In this document: positions 22,230 to 30,906 of the stretch, in pieces | Numbering within the stretch: position 1 is the stretch's first letter | How the letters are laid out: each line of letters starts with the position of its first letter | Virus genome (UHGV): UHGV-0211239 | Source of the DNA: a virus | Direction: 5' to 3' (one strand) | Length of the DNA stretch: 41,840 nt | The notes under the pieces: model-generated | The model's input: the letters and a program-made list of their open reading frames with translations, nothing else | Told to the model about the DNA's origin: nothing | The model's database searches: none | Made by a program: the position numbers and the translations under genes

Positions 22230-22421
22230 TTATTTTTTATGCCTGTAACCCCATTCTTCCAGCAACCTTGCGGCGTACCACCCAAGAAACAAAGGAAAGT
22301 ACATTACAATGAGATATTCCCCGCCACGGTCAATGTTCGAAATTGACCAGATTACGATGTAACCAGTGCAGGACAGGAATATTACAAACCCCAAAAAGCT
22401 ACTTCGTCGACTCATGCTCAC
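22230..22421 (-). CDS. Small hydrophobic protein (two predicted TM helices)
   Basis: 63-aa ORF, FLGFVIFLSCTGYIVIW and FPLFLGWYAARLL segments. Confidence 0.4.
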   Translation of the reverse strand: MSMSRRSSFLGFVIFLSCTGYIVIWSISNIDRGGEYLIVMYFPLFLGWYAARLLEEWGYRHKK

Positions 22422-22732
22422 TCCTTCACTTTTATTCCAGCGGCGCGGATGTTTTCCTCATAAGCATCCATTGCATCACCGAAGCCATTGGAATAATCAA
22501 CAGTAAACCCTTTGGCTAATGCTTCTCTGCTGTCGATAAACTTTGGCGCGATTATTTCAATAGCTGCTCGCGATGCCTGCCATAAAGCCCACCACTCATT
22601 TAAGGAGTGACGAATATCCATGCTTGAAAATGCAAAGTACCTATCACCATTTCTTGCCTCGGTTATCATCTCGAATGGTAATCTCAATTTTTTGGCAACG
22701 TATTCCTCAAACTGCTTTCTTGATTCGTCCAT
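22418..22732 (-). CDS. nin-region hypothetical protein
   Basis: 104-aa ORF; ATGA overlap with downstream gene. Confidence 0.5.
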   Translation of the reverse strand: MDESRKQFEEYVAKKLRLPFEMITEARNGDRYFAFSSMDIRHSLNEWWALWQASRAAIEIIAPKFIDSREALAKGFTVDYSNGFGDAMDAYEENIRAAGIKVKE

Positions 22733-22749
22733 CGATACTTACCCTCAAT

Positions 22750-22956
22750 TCAACTAACAAAACGCCACGCCATTTTTGCTACGACAACAGGCATAACACC
22801 GATAATCACCCAGACAAATGCAGCGCCAAACAACGTATACCATGGGTCTTTACCGTCATTCACAAGACGAATGTAGCTATGCAGAACAATAAAAAACGTC
22901 AGAAGAATCCATCCAACGCCAACGCATTTGAATGCGACGAGCATAAACTCAGCCAC
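22750..22956 (-). CDS. Small hydrophobic protein (two predicted TM helices)
   Basis: 68-aa ORF with hydrophobic segments GVGWILLTFFIVL and FGAAFVWVIIGVMPVVV. Confidence 0.4.
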   Translation of the reverse strand: MAEFMLVAFKCVGVGWILLTFFIVLHSYIRLVNDGKDPWYTLFGAAFVWVIIGVMPVVVAKMAWRFVS

Positions 22957-22975
22957 GATTTACTCTCCCCCAAAT

Positions 22976-23002
22976 AAAAAGGCCTGCGATTACCAGCAGG
23001 CC
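22976..23002 (-). terminator. Intrinsic terminator after replication genes (tR2-like)
   Basis: Minus-strand RNA ggccugc-uggtaatc-gcaggcc followed by UUUUUAUUUG, just downstream of the helicase stop. Confidence 0.6.
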
Positions 23003-23031
23003 TGTTATTAGCTCAGTGATGTAGATGGTCA

Positions 23032-24483
23032 TCAGAATCCTCCTTTCTTCTTGGACTGCGGTTCCTCACGTTCACGGCGGCGCATTTCAGCAGACTGTTG
23101 GTCTGTGTCATAAATAGCGCCATTTGCCTGTATGCAATACACCGTGCCGGTATTGCCATGACGATTGAGGCGAAGGATTAGTTCGGTTTCACCAGGAGGA
23201 ACGCTGTCATCAAAAGCACCTTCCCGATGGATCCCAACCCAATAATCGCAATCCTGTTCAATCTGCCCTGTATCTCGCGAGTCACTTGGTAATGGGCGTT
23301 TATTGGTTCGGCTTTCCAATGCGCGGTTAAGCTGCGTCAGAAGCACAACAACGCAATCAAGCTCTTTGGCAAGGTTCTTCAGTCCTTTGGTGATCATGCC
23401 GTAAGCAAGGTCGTTGCGATCGGCCTTTTCAGCGGTCATTAGTGTCAGGTAATCGACCAGAATCATGCCAACACATCCTTTTTCTCGCTTGATTAGACGG
23501 CTTTCGCTGACGATTTGAGCCAGAGATAATCCCGGCGTGTCGTCGATGTAAAGCATGTCGATTTCACTCAAGCGATTGGCTGTTTCGATCGCCCTGTTGA
23601 AGTCACCATCGTAATCACCCTGATAGCCGTCATCAGCGTCATTTGTCGCCGGAAGGTAAAAAATATTCGGGTTAACACCTGACTTCTGTCCTACCAGTTT
23701 TTCCAGTATCTGGTCACCGGGCATTTCAAGGCTGAACATCAGAGCGGGCTTTTTCTCATGCACTGCGCAGTTGATTGCCATCTGGCTGTATAGCGTCGTT
23801 TTCCCCATCTTAGGGCGAGCGCCAATGACAAACAGAGAGCCTTTCACCAGACCTTTCGGTGACAGCATCCTGTCCAGCGATGGGATCCCTGTGCTCATTC
23901 CTCGTTGTTCGCCTGACGGGTCAAATCGCTTCTCAAGGTCGCTAACCCAGTCTTCCATGACCTCACCAAATGAGCGAAGGCCGCGACGCGATCCGGTTTT
24001 TGCATGGTCTGTCAGTTGCGTGAAAATCGCCTGAATAGCTTCGTACTTCTGCGTTGCAGTCATTCCGTTGCGGGAATAGAGCAATTCCGTCGCTTCAGTC
24101 ATACGGTTGATGGCGTAGCGTTCCATTGCGGTTTCGCGAACCTGCATTGCATAGGCAACGATGTTTGCGGCGCTCGGCGTGTTCTTTGCGATCTCAGCGA
24201 TATAAGCAAAACCGCCAACAGACGCCGTTAACGATTTACGCTCCAGTTCATCGAAAAGCGTCAGGCCATCTACTGGCTTTTGCTCCCGGTGCATTCTGGT
24301 TATTTCTTCGAAAAGGATTTTGTGTGGTCGGCTGTAAAATGAATCAGGCTTCAGCATCGCCAGAACTTTCCGGACGCGCTCACTGCTGTCATCATCCAGA
24401 AGCAATCCACCAATAACCGCCTGCTCTGCCTCGATGCTATGGGGCGGCGCATAAAAATTATCGGTCATCGTGTTCACCCTCAC
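23032..24483 (-). CDS. Replicative DNA helicase (DnaB-like; P22 gene 12 analogue)
   Basis: 483 aa; Walker A GARPKMGKTT; DnaB-like N-terminal region. Confidence 0.9.
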   Translation of the reverse strand: MRVNTMTDNFYAPPHSIEAEQAVIGGLLLDDDSSERVRKVLAMLKPDSFYSRPHKILFEEITRMHREQKPVDGLTLFDELERKSLTASVGGFAYIAEIAKNTPSAANIVAYAMQVRETAMERYAINRMTEATELLYSRNGMTATQKYEAIQAIFTQLTDHAKTGSRRGLRSFGEVMEDWVSDLEKRFDPSGEQRGMSTGIPSLDRMLSPKGLVKGSLFVIGARPKMGKTTLYSQMAINCAVHEKKPALMFSLEMPGDQILEKLVGQKSGVNPNIFYLPATNDADDGYQGDYDGDFNRAIETANRLSEIDMLYIDDTPGLSLAQIVSESRLIKREKGCVGMILVDYLTLMTAEKADRNDLAYGMITKGLKNLAKELDCVVVLLTQLNRALESRTNKRPLPSDSRDTGQIEQDCDYWVGIHREGAFDDSVPPGETELILRLNRHGNTGTVYCIQANGAIYDTDQQSAEMRRREREEPQSKKKGGF

Positions 24484-25357
24484 GAACTTTCAGGTAGGTA
24501 TTGTCGTTAAGCAGGAAATCAAATCCCTTTTTGTGCCAGACGGTTCCGCGTTGATGGTTTGGACGTTCTTCGAACATCCATCGGCAATTTTCGCCTACGT
24601 AGATCAAATAATTTCTCCAGTCCTGCATCGTGAACCCATGCCCGTCAAGCTGGCGGGTTATCACTCCGGCTTTGCGCCAGAACGTTCGGATCTGGTTTTT
24701 ACGCTTGTCATTCAGTGCGCGGATTTTTGGCGCTTCAGGAAGGATTTCGTGGTAAGCATCGACAACATCCTGACAGCTAACGGAAGGTTTTTTCTTGTCA
24801 GACTTTTTGTCTGCTGTGGCACTCTCTAATACGTCAGTATTAGAGATAATATTATTATATTCTTTATCTGTGGTAATTTGCTGGTAATCTGCTGGTACAG
24901 TATTGCTTACAGGCATTGGTATTGCTGGATTTGAGGTGGTAATTTGCTGGTAATCTGCTGGTACAAAATTTGACTGATAATCGTCATATTTCTCTACCGA
25001 GAAAACTGAGAATTTACCGTGTGAAACCCAGTCAATCATGCCGAGTTTTTTGAACTTTCTAAGCAGGTACTGAACGCGATCTGGTTTGAGTCCTGTTTCA
25101 AACGCCAGAGAGTTTCTACCGCCAAGTAGCTTCCCTCTGCCTACCAGAATTTCTCCTGCGTCAGTCATTACATACTCAGGCGTATGCTTTGCTTTGAGGA
25201 TTAAGTGAACCCACAGATGCGCTGCTTCTGCGTCCTTGTAAAACGGCACATCCATAATTTTACGGTGCAGCAAGGCATACCCCTTACCGCTGCTTTGATG
25301 CGGTTGTTGTAGCCTTCTGGCCTCTCTGGCTTCGGCTAGATTAGATATGTTACTCAT
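24458..25357 (-). CDS. Replication initiator (lambda O-like; P22 gene 18 analogue)
   Basis: 299 aa; O-like N-terminal domain; internal duplicated peptide [10 protein letters not shown] encoded by the ori iterons. Confidence 0.85.
   Translation of the reverse strand: MSNISNLAEAREARRLQQPHQSSGKGYALLHRKIMDVPFYKDAEAAHLWVHLILKAKHTPEYVMTDAGEILVGRGKLLGGRNSLAFETGLKPDRVQYLLRKFKKLGMIDWVSHGKFSVFSVEKYDDYQSNFVPADYQQITTSNPAIPMPVSNTVPADYQQITTDKEYNNIISNTDVLESATADKKSDKKKPSVSCQDVVDAYHEILPEAPKIRALNDKRKNQIRTFWRKAGVITRQLDGHGFTMQDWRNYLIYVGENCRWMFEERPNHQRGTVWHKKGFDFLLNDNTYLKVREGEHDDR
24838..24960. repeat. Origin of replication: iterons plus AT-rich stretch inside the O-like gene
   Basis: Two copies of ggtaatttgctggtaatctgctggtaca separated by about 60 bp, adjacent AT-rich tract attagagataatattattatattc. 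Confidence 0.65.
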
Positions 25358-25486
25358 GACCTTTCTCCTTCTGCATCAGCTTCACCTTTTCCAACTCAGC
25401 CCGGAATCGACCAGGCTGCTTGAAGCTGGACAGGAAGCGATCACGTAGTATGTGTTTGTGAATTTTGTCCTGGTAAGGACTGAGTT
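25343..25486 (-). CDS. Small ORF between cII-like gene and replication initiator
   Basis: Manual translation [48 protein letters not shown] (47 aa), SD aggag; not in track (under 60 aa). Confidence 0.3.
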
Positions 25487-25518
25487 GTTTTGTCATAATT
25501 ACTCCTGTGGATTGATCC

Positions 25519-25815
25519 AGTAATTCCCTCAGAATTGCATATCAATTTGCTTAAAATCCTCGGTGGCGGCCGGGGATTTTTTCTTTGTGATTTCATCAAG
25601 CGCATACTTAAAAGCCCTGCTAATCGGACTGATGTCTGATGCCATTCCGAAAGCACACAAGACCGAAGCAATAAATCTTCAGTCCGTTCTGCTTATCTTC
25701 GATTCATGACAGCCAATCATCTTTGCCAGACCGCGCTGGGTAATGGCTGACAGATTGATAAGTAAATCTGTTTCTGCGCGATCAACGTCACGCTGTGATA
25801 GTTTGCTGTAACTTG
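25519..25815 (-). pseudogene. cII-like transcriptional activator interrupted by in-frame TGA at codon 49
   Basis: MERTSYSKLSQRDVDRAETDLLINLSAITQRGLAKMIGCHESKISRTD-TGA-RFIASV...[24 protein letters not shown]; HTH and C-terminus KK.PAATE....Q..F resemble lambda CII; the TGA aligns with a Trp codon. Confidence 0.6.
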
Positions 25816-25900
25816 TTCTTTCCATTTCTTAAGATTTCCAATAGTGAATAGTTAGTTGAAAGGTATGCGTGGAAACGCATATGGCCTTAGTTGGTCAGAT

Positions 25901-25917
25901 ATATTGGGACTCGCTTT
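25901..25917 (-). promoter_or_regulatory. nutR boxB hairpin (P22 type)
   Basis: Minus-strand ucgcUGACAAAgcga downstream of cro; same loop as the nutL hairpin. Confidence 0.55.
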
Positions 25918-25963
25918 GTCAGCGACGTAGGACGAATGTCCATTGTGAAAATAGCGGTGTTAC

Positions 25964-26191
25964 TTATGCAGCCAGAAGGTTCTTTTTGCTTATTTCAAGC
26001 ATTTCGCTTGCTTGATATTTGCCACCAGAAATCTCTTCGATTTTTGATGCGTATTTCGTTTTCCCAAAAAACTCAGTCTTAGGGAGGAAGCCGTTTTTGA
26101 GCCACTTATAGACAGCCCTTTCGCTAACTCCACAAGCCTTCGCAACTTCAGGGATGCCGACACCTTTAATCGGCTCATCAAGATTTTGCAT
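25964..26191 (-). CDS. cro: Cro-like repressor
   Basis: Start re-set to MQNLDEPIKGVGIPEVAKACGVSERAVYKWLKNG (HTH), SD aagga; divergent from the CI-like gene. Confidence 0.75.
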   Translation of the reverse strand: MQNLDEPIKGVGIPEVAKACGVSERAVYKWLKNGFLPKTEFFGKTKYASKIEEISGGKYQASEMLEISKKNLLAA

Positions 26192-26194
26192 AGG

Positions 26195-26269
26195 GATATC
26201 CTTTTTCGTACTTTCAGTACGCATTATGATTGAACTGAAAGTTTTTGCAAGTGCTTTAGTATCGTACTC
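26195..26269. promoter_or_regulatory. OR operators with divergent PR/PRM
   Basis: Palindrome cgtactttcagtacg plus repeated half-sites (actgaaagt, tcgtact); minus-strand TTGCAA-17-ATAATG as PR; repressor ATG directly at 26270 suggests a leaderless PRM transcript. Confidence 0.6.
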
Positions 26270-26977
26270 ATGGTTCAGAATGAAAAAGTGCGCAAAGAAT
26301 TCGCCCAGCGGCTAGCGCAAGCCTGTAAAGAAGCTGGTCTTGATGAACATGGTAGGGGAATGGCTATAGCCCGTGCCCTTTCTCTTTCGTCCAAAGGCGT
26401 TAGCAAATGGTTTAATGCTGAGTCTTTACCGCGTCAGGAAAAAATGAATGCGCTTGCGAAATTTCTAAACGTTGATGTTGTTTGGCTTCAGCACGGCACT
26501 TCGTTAAATGGAGCGAATGATGAAGATACTCTTTCATTTGTTGGCAAATTAAAAAAAGGGTTAGTGCGCGTGGTTGGTGAGGCAATTCTTGGTGTTGATG
26601 GTGCCATCGAGATGACCGAAGAGCGCGATGGGTGGCTCAAGATTTATAGCGATGATCCAGATGCCTTTGGTCTTCGTGTGAAAGGAGACAGCATGTGGCC
26701 TAGAATAAAATCAGGAGAATATGTACTCATTGAGCCTAACACCAAAGTATTCCCGGGTGATGAGGTGTTTGTCAGAACCGTTGAAGGACACAACATGATC
26801 AAAGTTCTTGGCTATGACAGAGACGGAGAATACCAGTTTACAAGCATCAACCAGGACCATAGGCCAATAACGTTGCCTTATCATCAAGTAGCAAAGGTGG
26901 AGTATGTGGCTGGTATTCTGAAGCAATCTCGCCATCTGGATGACATCGAGGCAAGGGAGTGGCTGAAAAGTTCGTGA
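26270..26977 (+). CDS. CI-like prophage repressor (HTH_XRE + S24 LexA-like peptidase domain)
   Basis: 235 aa; N-terminal HTH (MAIARALSLSSKGVSKWF), C-terminal GDSMWP motif with downstream Lys. Confidence 0.9.
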   Translation: MVQNEKVRKEFAQRLAQACKEAGLDEHGRGMAIARALSLSSKGVSKWFNAESLPRQEKMNALAKFLNVDVVWLQHGTSLNGANDEDTLSFVGKLKKGLVRVVGEAILGVDGAIEMTEERDGWLKIYSDDPDAFGLRVKGDSMWPRIKSGEYVLIEPNTKVFPGDEVFVRTVEGHNMIKVLGYDRDGEYQFTSINQDHRPITLPYHQVAKVEYVAGILKQSRHLDDIEAREWLKSS

Positions 26978-27020
26978 CTTCATCGTCACATAGCTGATAG
27001 CCAGTGGCCTGAAGAGACGT

Positions 27021-27049
27021 TTGGGTGATGAAACCACTTTTATCTACAA
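27021..27049 (+). promoter_or_regulatory. Putative sigma70 promoter for the two-gene operon
   Basis: TTGGGT-17 bp-TACAAT between repressor stop and the operon start. Confidence 0.35.
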
Positions 27050-27067
27050 TTTACAGGGCGGTAAACA

Positions 27068-27625
27068 TTGGCAAAAATAGATGATTATCAGCCAAGCCAA
27101 GTAGAAGTTGATAAAGTACTTTATTGTAAAAAAATAGTTAACTTTTCTGGCGTTAAATGGAAACAGAAACCAAGTCGCTCTGATATGTGGCTACAAACTC
27201 ATATCATCCCCTTGGATGAGGATTGTATACCTATACAAGGGCTAAAGTTTGAACTGAAATGGAAACCAGATCAGGATTCAGAACCTGATGACCCGATTTC
27301 TTACCCTAAAATAAATATTATTGCTTTCTATCATAACAAGAGGGTTTTCGCGGTAGATACCTATCACTTTGACAAACACACGAATAGTTACAAGGTCGAT
27401 CATCCGAAGTACCAAGATATCATTTACGGTGCTCACTACCATGTATACTATGAAGAAGCTGGATACTATAGTGATAGAATAGCGTTTCCAATCGAAGATG
27501 ACATAAACCCAGATGACCTGGTAGGGTATTGGAATTACTTCTGTAAACATCTGAACATAACTTACTCTGGGAGAATACCTTTACCACTTGAAGATGAGTC
27601 GGGGCAAATGGGGTTTGGAATATGA
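27068..27625 (+). CDS. Hypothetical protein A of candidate two-gene system at rexAB position
   Basis: 185 aa, TTG start with SD agggcgg; AT-rich codon usage; His/Tyr-rich segment HYHVYYEEAGYY; no recognised domain. Confidence 0.55.
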   Translation: MAKIDDYQPSQVEVDKVLYCKKIVNFSGVKWKQKPSRSDMWLQTHIIPLDEDCIPIQGLKFELKWKPDQDSEPDDPISYPKINIIAFYHNKRVFAVDTYHFDKHTNSYKVDHPKYQDIIYGAHYHVYYEEAGYYSDRIAFPIEDDINPDDLVGYWNYFCKHLNITYSGRIPLPLEDESGQMGFGI

Positions 27626-28374
27626 TGTGCTCAACAGTGATCTCACAACTAGGTTTCGAATGCCATCCAATAGGCAAGACCTTGAGAATTATCAGTCCAT
27701 TCACTTACTGTGATGATGGAGAGCATGTCGGTGCCTTTATCCGTGAAGTCAATGGTAGGTATTTAGTTAGTGATAGATGCGATGCCTTAATGAATATGGA
27801 GGCAAGAGGGATCTCGCTTACCAAAAAACGACTTGATGAGATACGACAATTACTGCTTAAAGAAGGCGCAGAGCTCAATGATCGAGGAGAAATCATTGCT
27901 TGGGCAACAGAAAAGGATGTCGGTGCGATTACATCGAACATAATTAGAGCTGGTATACTCGCATCAACTTTGTCGTTAGACTGGTATCAGCCAGTTCAAG
28001 CTGAAAAGTTTGAAAGTATGGTTATTGATTATCTATATCACACAGAGCTTAGAGACGCACTTTCTCTTCGTGAAAACGTATATGGCTTGAGTGGACATCA
28101 AATTACCGTCCCTGTAACAATAAAAACCGACATACCTAAATACGTTTTTACATCAAGCGTGAAACACGGAGGAAGCTGGAATAGTGCTTACTCATTGCTT
28201 GGGAAACTAATTGATCTTAAAGCATCAAGTGAGGAGTATAACAACAGATTTGTTGTTATAGACAGCGAAGCAATTGGTGACCAAATGCAACAACTCTCCT
28301 TACTCTTCCATGAATCAAGCCAAGTTCTACCATTCTCCAAAAGAGAGACTTGGGTTAAGAGACTTGCAGCATAA
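27622..28374 (+). CDS. Hypothetical protein B of candidate two-gene system
   Basis: 250 aa; ATG overlaps stop of gene A (ATGA); AT-rich; followed by a terminator; no recognised domain. Confidence 0.6.
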   Translation: MMCSTVISQLGFECHPIGKTLRIISPFTYCDDGEHVGAFIREVNGRYLVSDRCDALMNMEARGISLTKKRLDEIRQLLLKEGAELNDRGEIIAWATEKDVGAITSNIIRAGILASTLSLDWYQPVQAEKFESMVIDYLYHTELRDALSLRENVYGLSGHQITVPVTIKTDIPKYVFTSSVKHGGSWNSAYSLLGKLIDLKASSEEYNNRFVVIDSEAIGDQMQQLSLLFHESSQVLPFSKRETWVKRLAA

Positions 28375-28379
28375 TACAA

Positions 28380-28405
28380 CCCGGCCTCAGCGCCGGGTTT
28401 TCTTT
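28380..28405 (+). terminator. Intrinsic terminator
   Basis: cccggc-ctcagc-gccggg followed by ttttcttt, six bases after gene B stop. Confidence 0.7.
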
Positions 28406-28569
28406 GCCTCTCGCCCAAAAAAAACACATAACCAATTGTATTTATTGATGTAACTCGCTAAACCATACAGTTCTGATCCCTGCCGCATAACCTTCATCAG
28501 CCACATTTTCAAAAATAAATTTCCTTATATATCAGAATCATACTTCGTAGAGTTAATAAATCACCAAAA

Positions 28570-28615
28570 TTCGTACCAATAGTTCTTGATAATGTCGAAC
28601 TATTGGTTCATTATT
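28570..28615. promoter_or_regulatory. Putative OL/PL
   Basis: Inverted repeat accaatagttc / gaactattggt sharing half-sites (tcgtac, tYgaact) with the OR region; overlaps TTGATA-17-CATTAT. Confidence 0.4.
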
Positions 28616-28683
28616 ATCGTCATCAGCAGGACGCACTACTCACCAGGGCGGTGAATATACAACGATTCGAATATGAATCTACG

Positions 28684-28698
28684 GCGCTGACAAAGCGC
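28684..28698 (+). promoter_or_regulatory. nutL boxB hairpin (P22 type)
   Basis: gcgcTGACAAAgcgc upstream of the N-like gene; identical to the P22 boxB as recalled. Confidence 0.6.
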
Positions 28699-28863
28699 AA
28701 TAACCAAAGTGAACTTTGGGGTGTGGTGAAGGGTTCATGGACGGGAATATGTCGCACGTAAAGCGGCGAGGCCTGCGGGACTATTGCCGAATTGAAGTAG
28801 GCCGAAACAGGTCGAAATGGGTCTCCCACCTACCACACCACCAAAGTTCATCAGGAGGTCTAT

Positions 28864-29247
28864 ATGACACGCAGAACTCAGTTCAAAGGCAATTCACGTT
28901 CTCGTCGTCGTGAGCGTTTAAAGGCAAAGGCATTAGCTAACGGCGTACTGGCCCGCGAAGAAGCAATAAGTTCAGAAGTATTACACCGCCCTACTCTAAG
29001 CAGAGCGCAGATTCAGGCTAAAGGTACTCACGAAACGCCTGAGCGCATAGAAGACGCTAAGCCAATTAAGTTCATTGCACAGGACGTGATCTGGCAACAG
29101 AAAGAATACAGACGCAATCTGGAGCGAGCGGCCATTGTGTACGCGAATGAGTTTGGACATAAGCAACCAGAAACTGGTGTATGTCTTCCAAACGTAGCCA
29201 TTTACGCGGCAGGATACCGGAAATCAAAACAACTGACAGCGAGGTAA
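28864..29247 (+). CDS. N-like transcription antiterminator (P22 gene 24 analogue)
   Basis: 127 aa; N-terminal arginine-rich motif RRTQFKGNSRSRRRERLKAKA; first gene after the PL/nutL region. Confidence 0.7.
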   Translation: MTRRTQFKGNSRSRRRERLKAKALANGVLAREEAISSEVLHRPTLSRAQIQAKGTHETPERIEDAKPIKFIAQDVIWQQKEYRRNLERAAIVYANEFGHKQPETGVCLPNVAIYAAGYRKSKQLTAR

Positions 29248-29250
29248 GTG

Positions 29251-29475
29251 ATGAATCAGACATACATTCCATCATGCTTGAGAAATCTGCCAAAGCAGAA
29301 AGCAAAGCCCCGCAAGCAAGCCATAAAGGACGCTAAGGCAGAGGTTATTGATCAAGCAATACAATTGCTCAGGGAGGAGTTAAGAAGTGGCAAGCTCGAA
29401 GGAATGATGATGCCCTATCAGCGCGGATATCTATCGGCGATTAGTAAGTTGGAAGTATTGAAGAGTGAATTATGA
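29251..29475 (+). CDS. Small early hypothetical protein
   Basis: ATG at 29251 (track start 29248 is GTG); 74 aa, basic. Confidence 0.4.
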   Translation: MNQTYIPSCLRNLPKQKAKPRKQAIKDAKAEVIDQAIQLLREELRSGKLEGMMMPYQRGYLSAISKLEVLKSEL

Positions 29476-29537
29476 ACTATCTGGAATTTCCGGATGGTTC
29501 ATTGTTTTGGCAGCAAACCACTTATTTGAGGTGAGAT

Positions 29538-30008
29538 ATGACAAAATCATGGAGCGTACCTTTTCCTGAATCAGAAACTGAACATGATGGAATGCCTGTT
29601 TTCTGGAGATTCCAAGCGACAGTTGAAGAAGATGGAATCAAAATATTCGCACTTCAATATATAGCTTTTCATCAGACAGAGCATTATGCATGGTTGGTTC
29701 CTGCGCATTGGATTGTTGATTTTAAACCAGCACCAAATCAATGGTTACGGGAATGGAAACAAAGGATAAATAGATATGCAATTAAGAAAGTAGCAAAAAA
29801 TGCAGAAAGATCTTTTGCATTCCCAACGAAGAAACTTGCCATTGAGAGTTTATTGCGCCGGAAGAAATACCATTTAATGAGAATCAAACAAGATTTGGCT
29901 GTTGTATCAACTCTTGTTGATGGGATGAAGAATATTGATACATCAACACCAGATATTGAATATAACTTTGGACACAACCAAGAAACAGAAAATTGGGTAT
30001 TCTACTAG
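29538..30008 (+). CDS. Hypothetical early protein (AT-rich moron at esc/sieB position)
   Basis: 156-aa ORF; no TM segments or recognised motif. Confidence 0.5.
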   Translation: MTKSWSVPFPESETEHDGMPVFWRFQATVEEDGIKIFALQYIAFHQTEHYAWLVPAHWIVDFKPAPNQWLREWKQRINRYAIKKVAKNAERSFAFPTKKLAIESLLRRKKYHLMRIKQDLAVVSTLVDGMKNIDTSTPDIEYNFGHNQETENWVFY

Positions 30009-30151
30009 GACGCATAGTCGACCTTTATTTTTGGCATAAACAACAGAATAAACACTGCACTGTGTATTCATTCCAACGAGTGAATACACGGAGCAATGTC
30101 GCTCTTAACTAAACAGGAGCCGACTTGTTCTGATTATTGGAAATCTTCTTT

Positions 30152-30177
30152 GCCCTCCAGTGTGAGGGCTTTTTTAT
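30152..30177 (+). terminator. Intrinsic terminator within early-left operon (tL-like)
   Basis: gccctc-cagtgt-gagggc followed by tttttt. Confidence 0.6.
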
Positions 30178-30241
30178 ATGCATACCAATAACGCTTCACT
30201 CGAGGCGTTTTCGTTATGCAATCAAATATAAGGAGTTACCC

Positions 30242-30376
30242 ATGATGCACTTTCAGCTCGCGGGTAGCGGCGTCATGTCCGCTTTCTACCCGCACGAATC
30301 TGAATTATCACGCCGAGTTAAACAATTAATCAGAGCAGCAAAGAAACAACTGGAGGCGTTATGCGCAATGAAATAG
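30242..30376 (+). CDS. Small early protein (Kil-like position)
   Basis: 44 aa from ATG with SD aaggag (MMHFQLAGSGVMSAFYPHESELSRRVKQLIRAAKKQLEALCAMK); the track's longer start lies inside the terminator. Confidence 0.35.
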   Translation: MMHFQLAGSGVMSAFYPHESELSRRVKQLIRAAKKQLEALCAMK

Positions 30377-30594
30377 CCATCAATCACCAGATGCTTCGTG
30401 CTGCACAGAACAAAGCAGTAATAGCCAGATTTATTGGTGATTCCAAAATGTGGCTTGAAGCAAATAAAGCGATGAAATCAGCGATCAACACTCCGTGGTA
30501 TCGCAGGAAATGAGTTTTACAGATAACTGGTCAGGCGAAGAATTCATTCGTCAGATGAACAAAATGCTCAATCAGCACAAAGAACAGGAGAAAG

Positions 30595-30906
30595 ATGATG
30601 ATTCTGACTCTGAATGATAAGCGCGAAATATCACAAATAATCGCAAGTTTTACTGATGCAGATTACGAGCGAATCAACAGTGAAGTTGATCGCCTCTGCA
30701 AACGTTGCGACCCAATAAGCGAAATGCTTCGCTCATATAAACCAGATGAACACACTAAGGACGCCATCGACTGGCTGGAAGATGATGACTGTAACTATCA
30801 GGAAAAAGCCGCTGAATGGTTCTGGGATGCAATAACCGAAAGAGTTAAGGCTGAATATGCCTTCGCAATATTCAAACGCAGACATATTTATGGAGAAGCT
30901 GCATGA
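30595..30906 (+). CDS. Hypothetical protein upstream of recT (possible Abc/Gam-position anti-RecBCD function, by position only)
   Basis: 103 aa, SD aggaga; acidic. Confidence 0.45.
   Translation: MMILTLNDKREISQIIASFTDADYERINSEVDRLCKRCDPISEMLRSYKPDEHTKDAIDWLEDDDCNYQEKAAEWFWDAITERVKAEYAFAIFKRRHIYGEAA

Noticed and set aside
25441-25671. 76-aa minus-strand ORF from the track
   Set aside because: Low-complexity translation in an alternative frame over the C-terminal half of the cII-like gene; the CII-like frame explains this DNA better.
30100-30107. boxA-like octamer cgctctta upstream of a hairpin
   Set aside because: The hairpin 45 nt downstream is a terminator with a T-run, not a boxB at nut-site spacing; a single 8-mer match is expected by chance in 42 kb.
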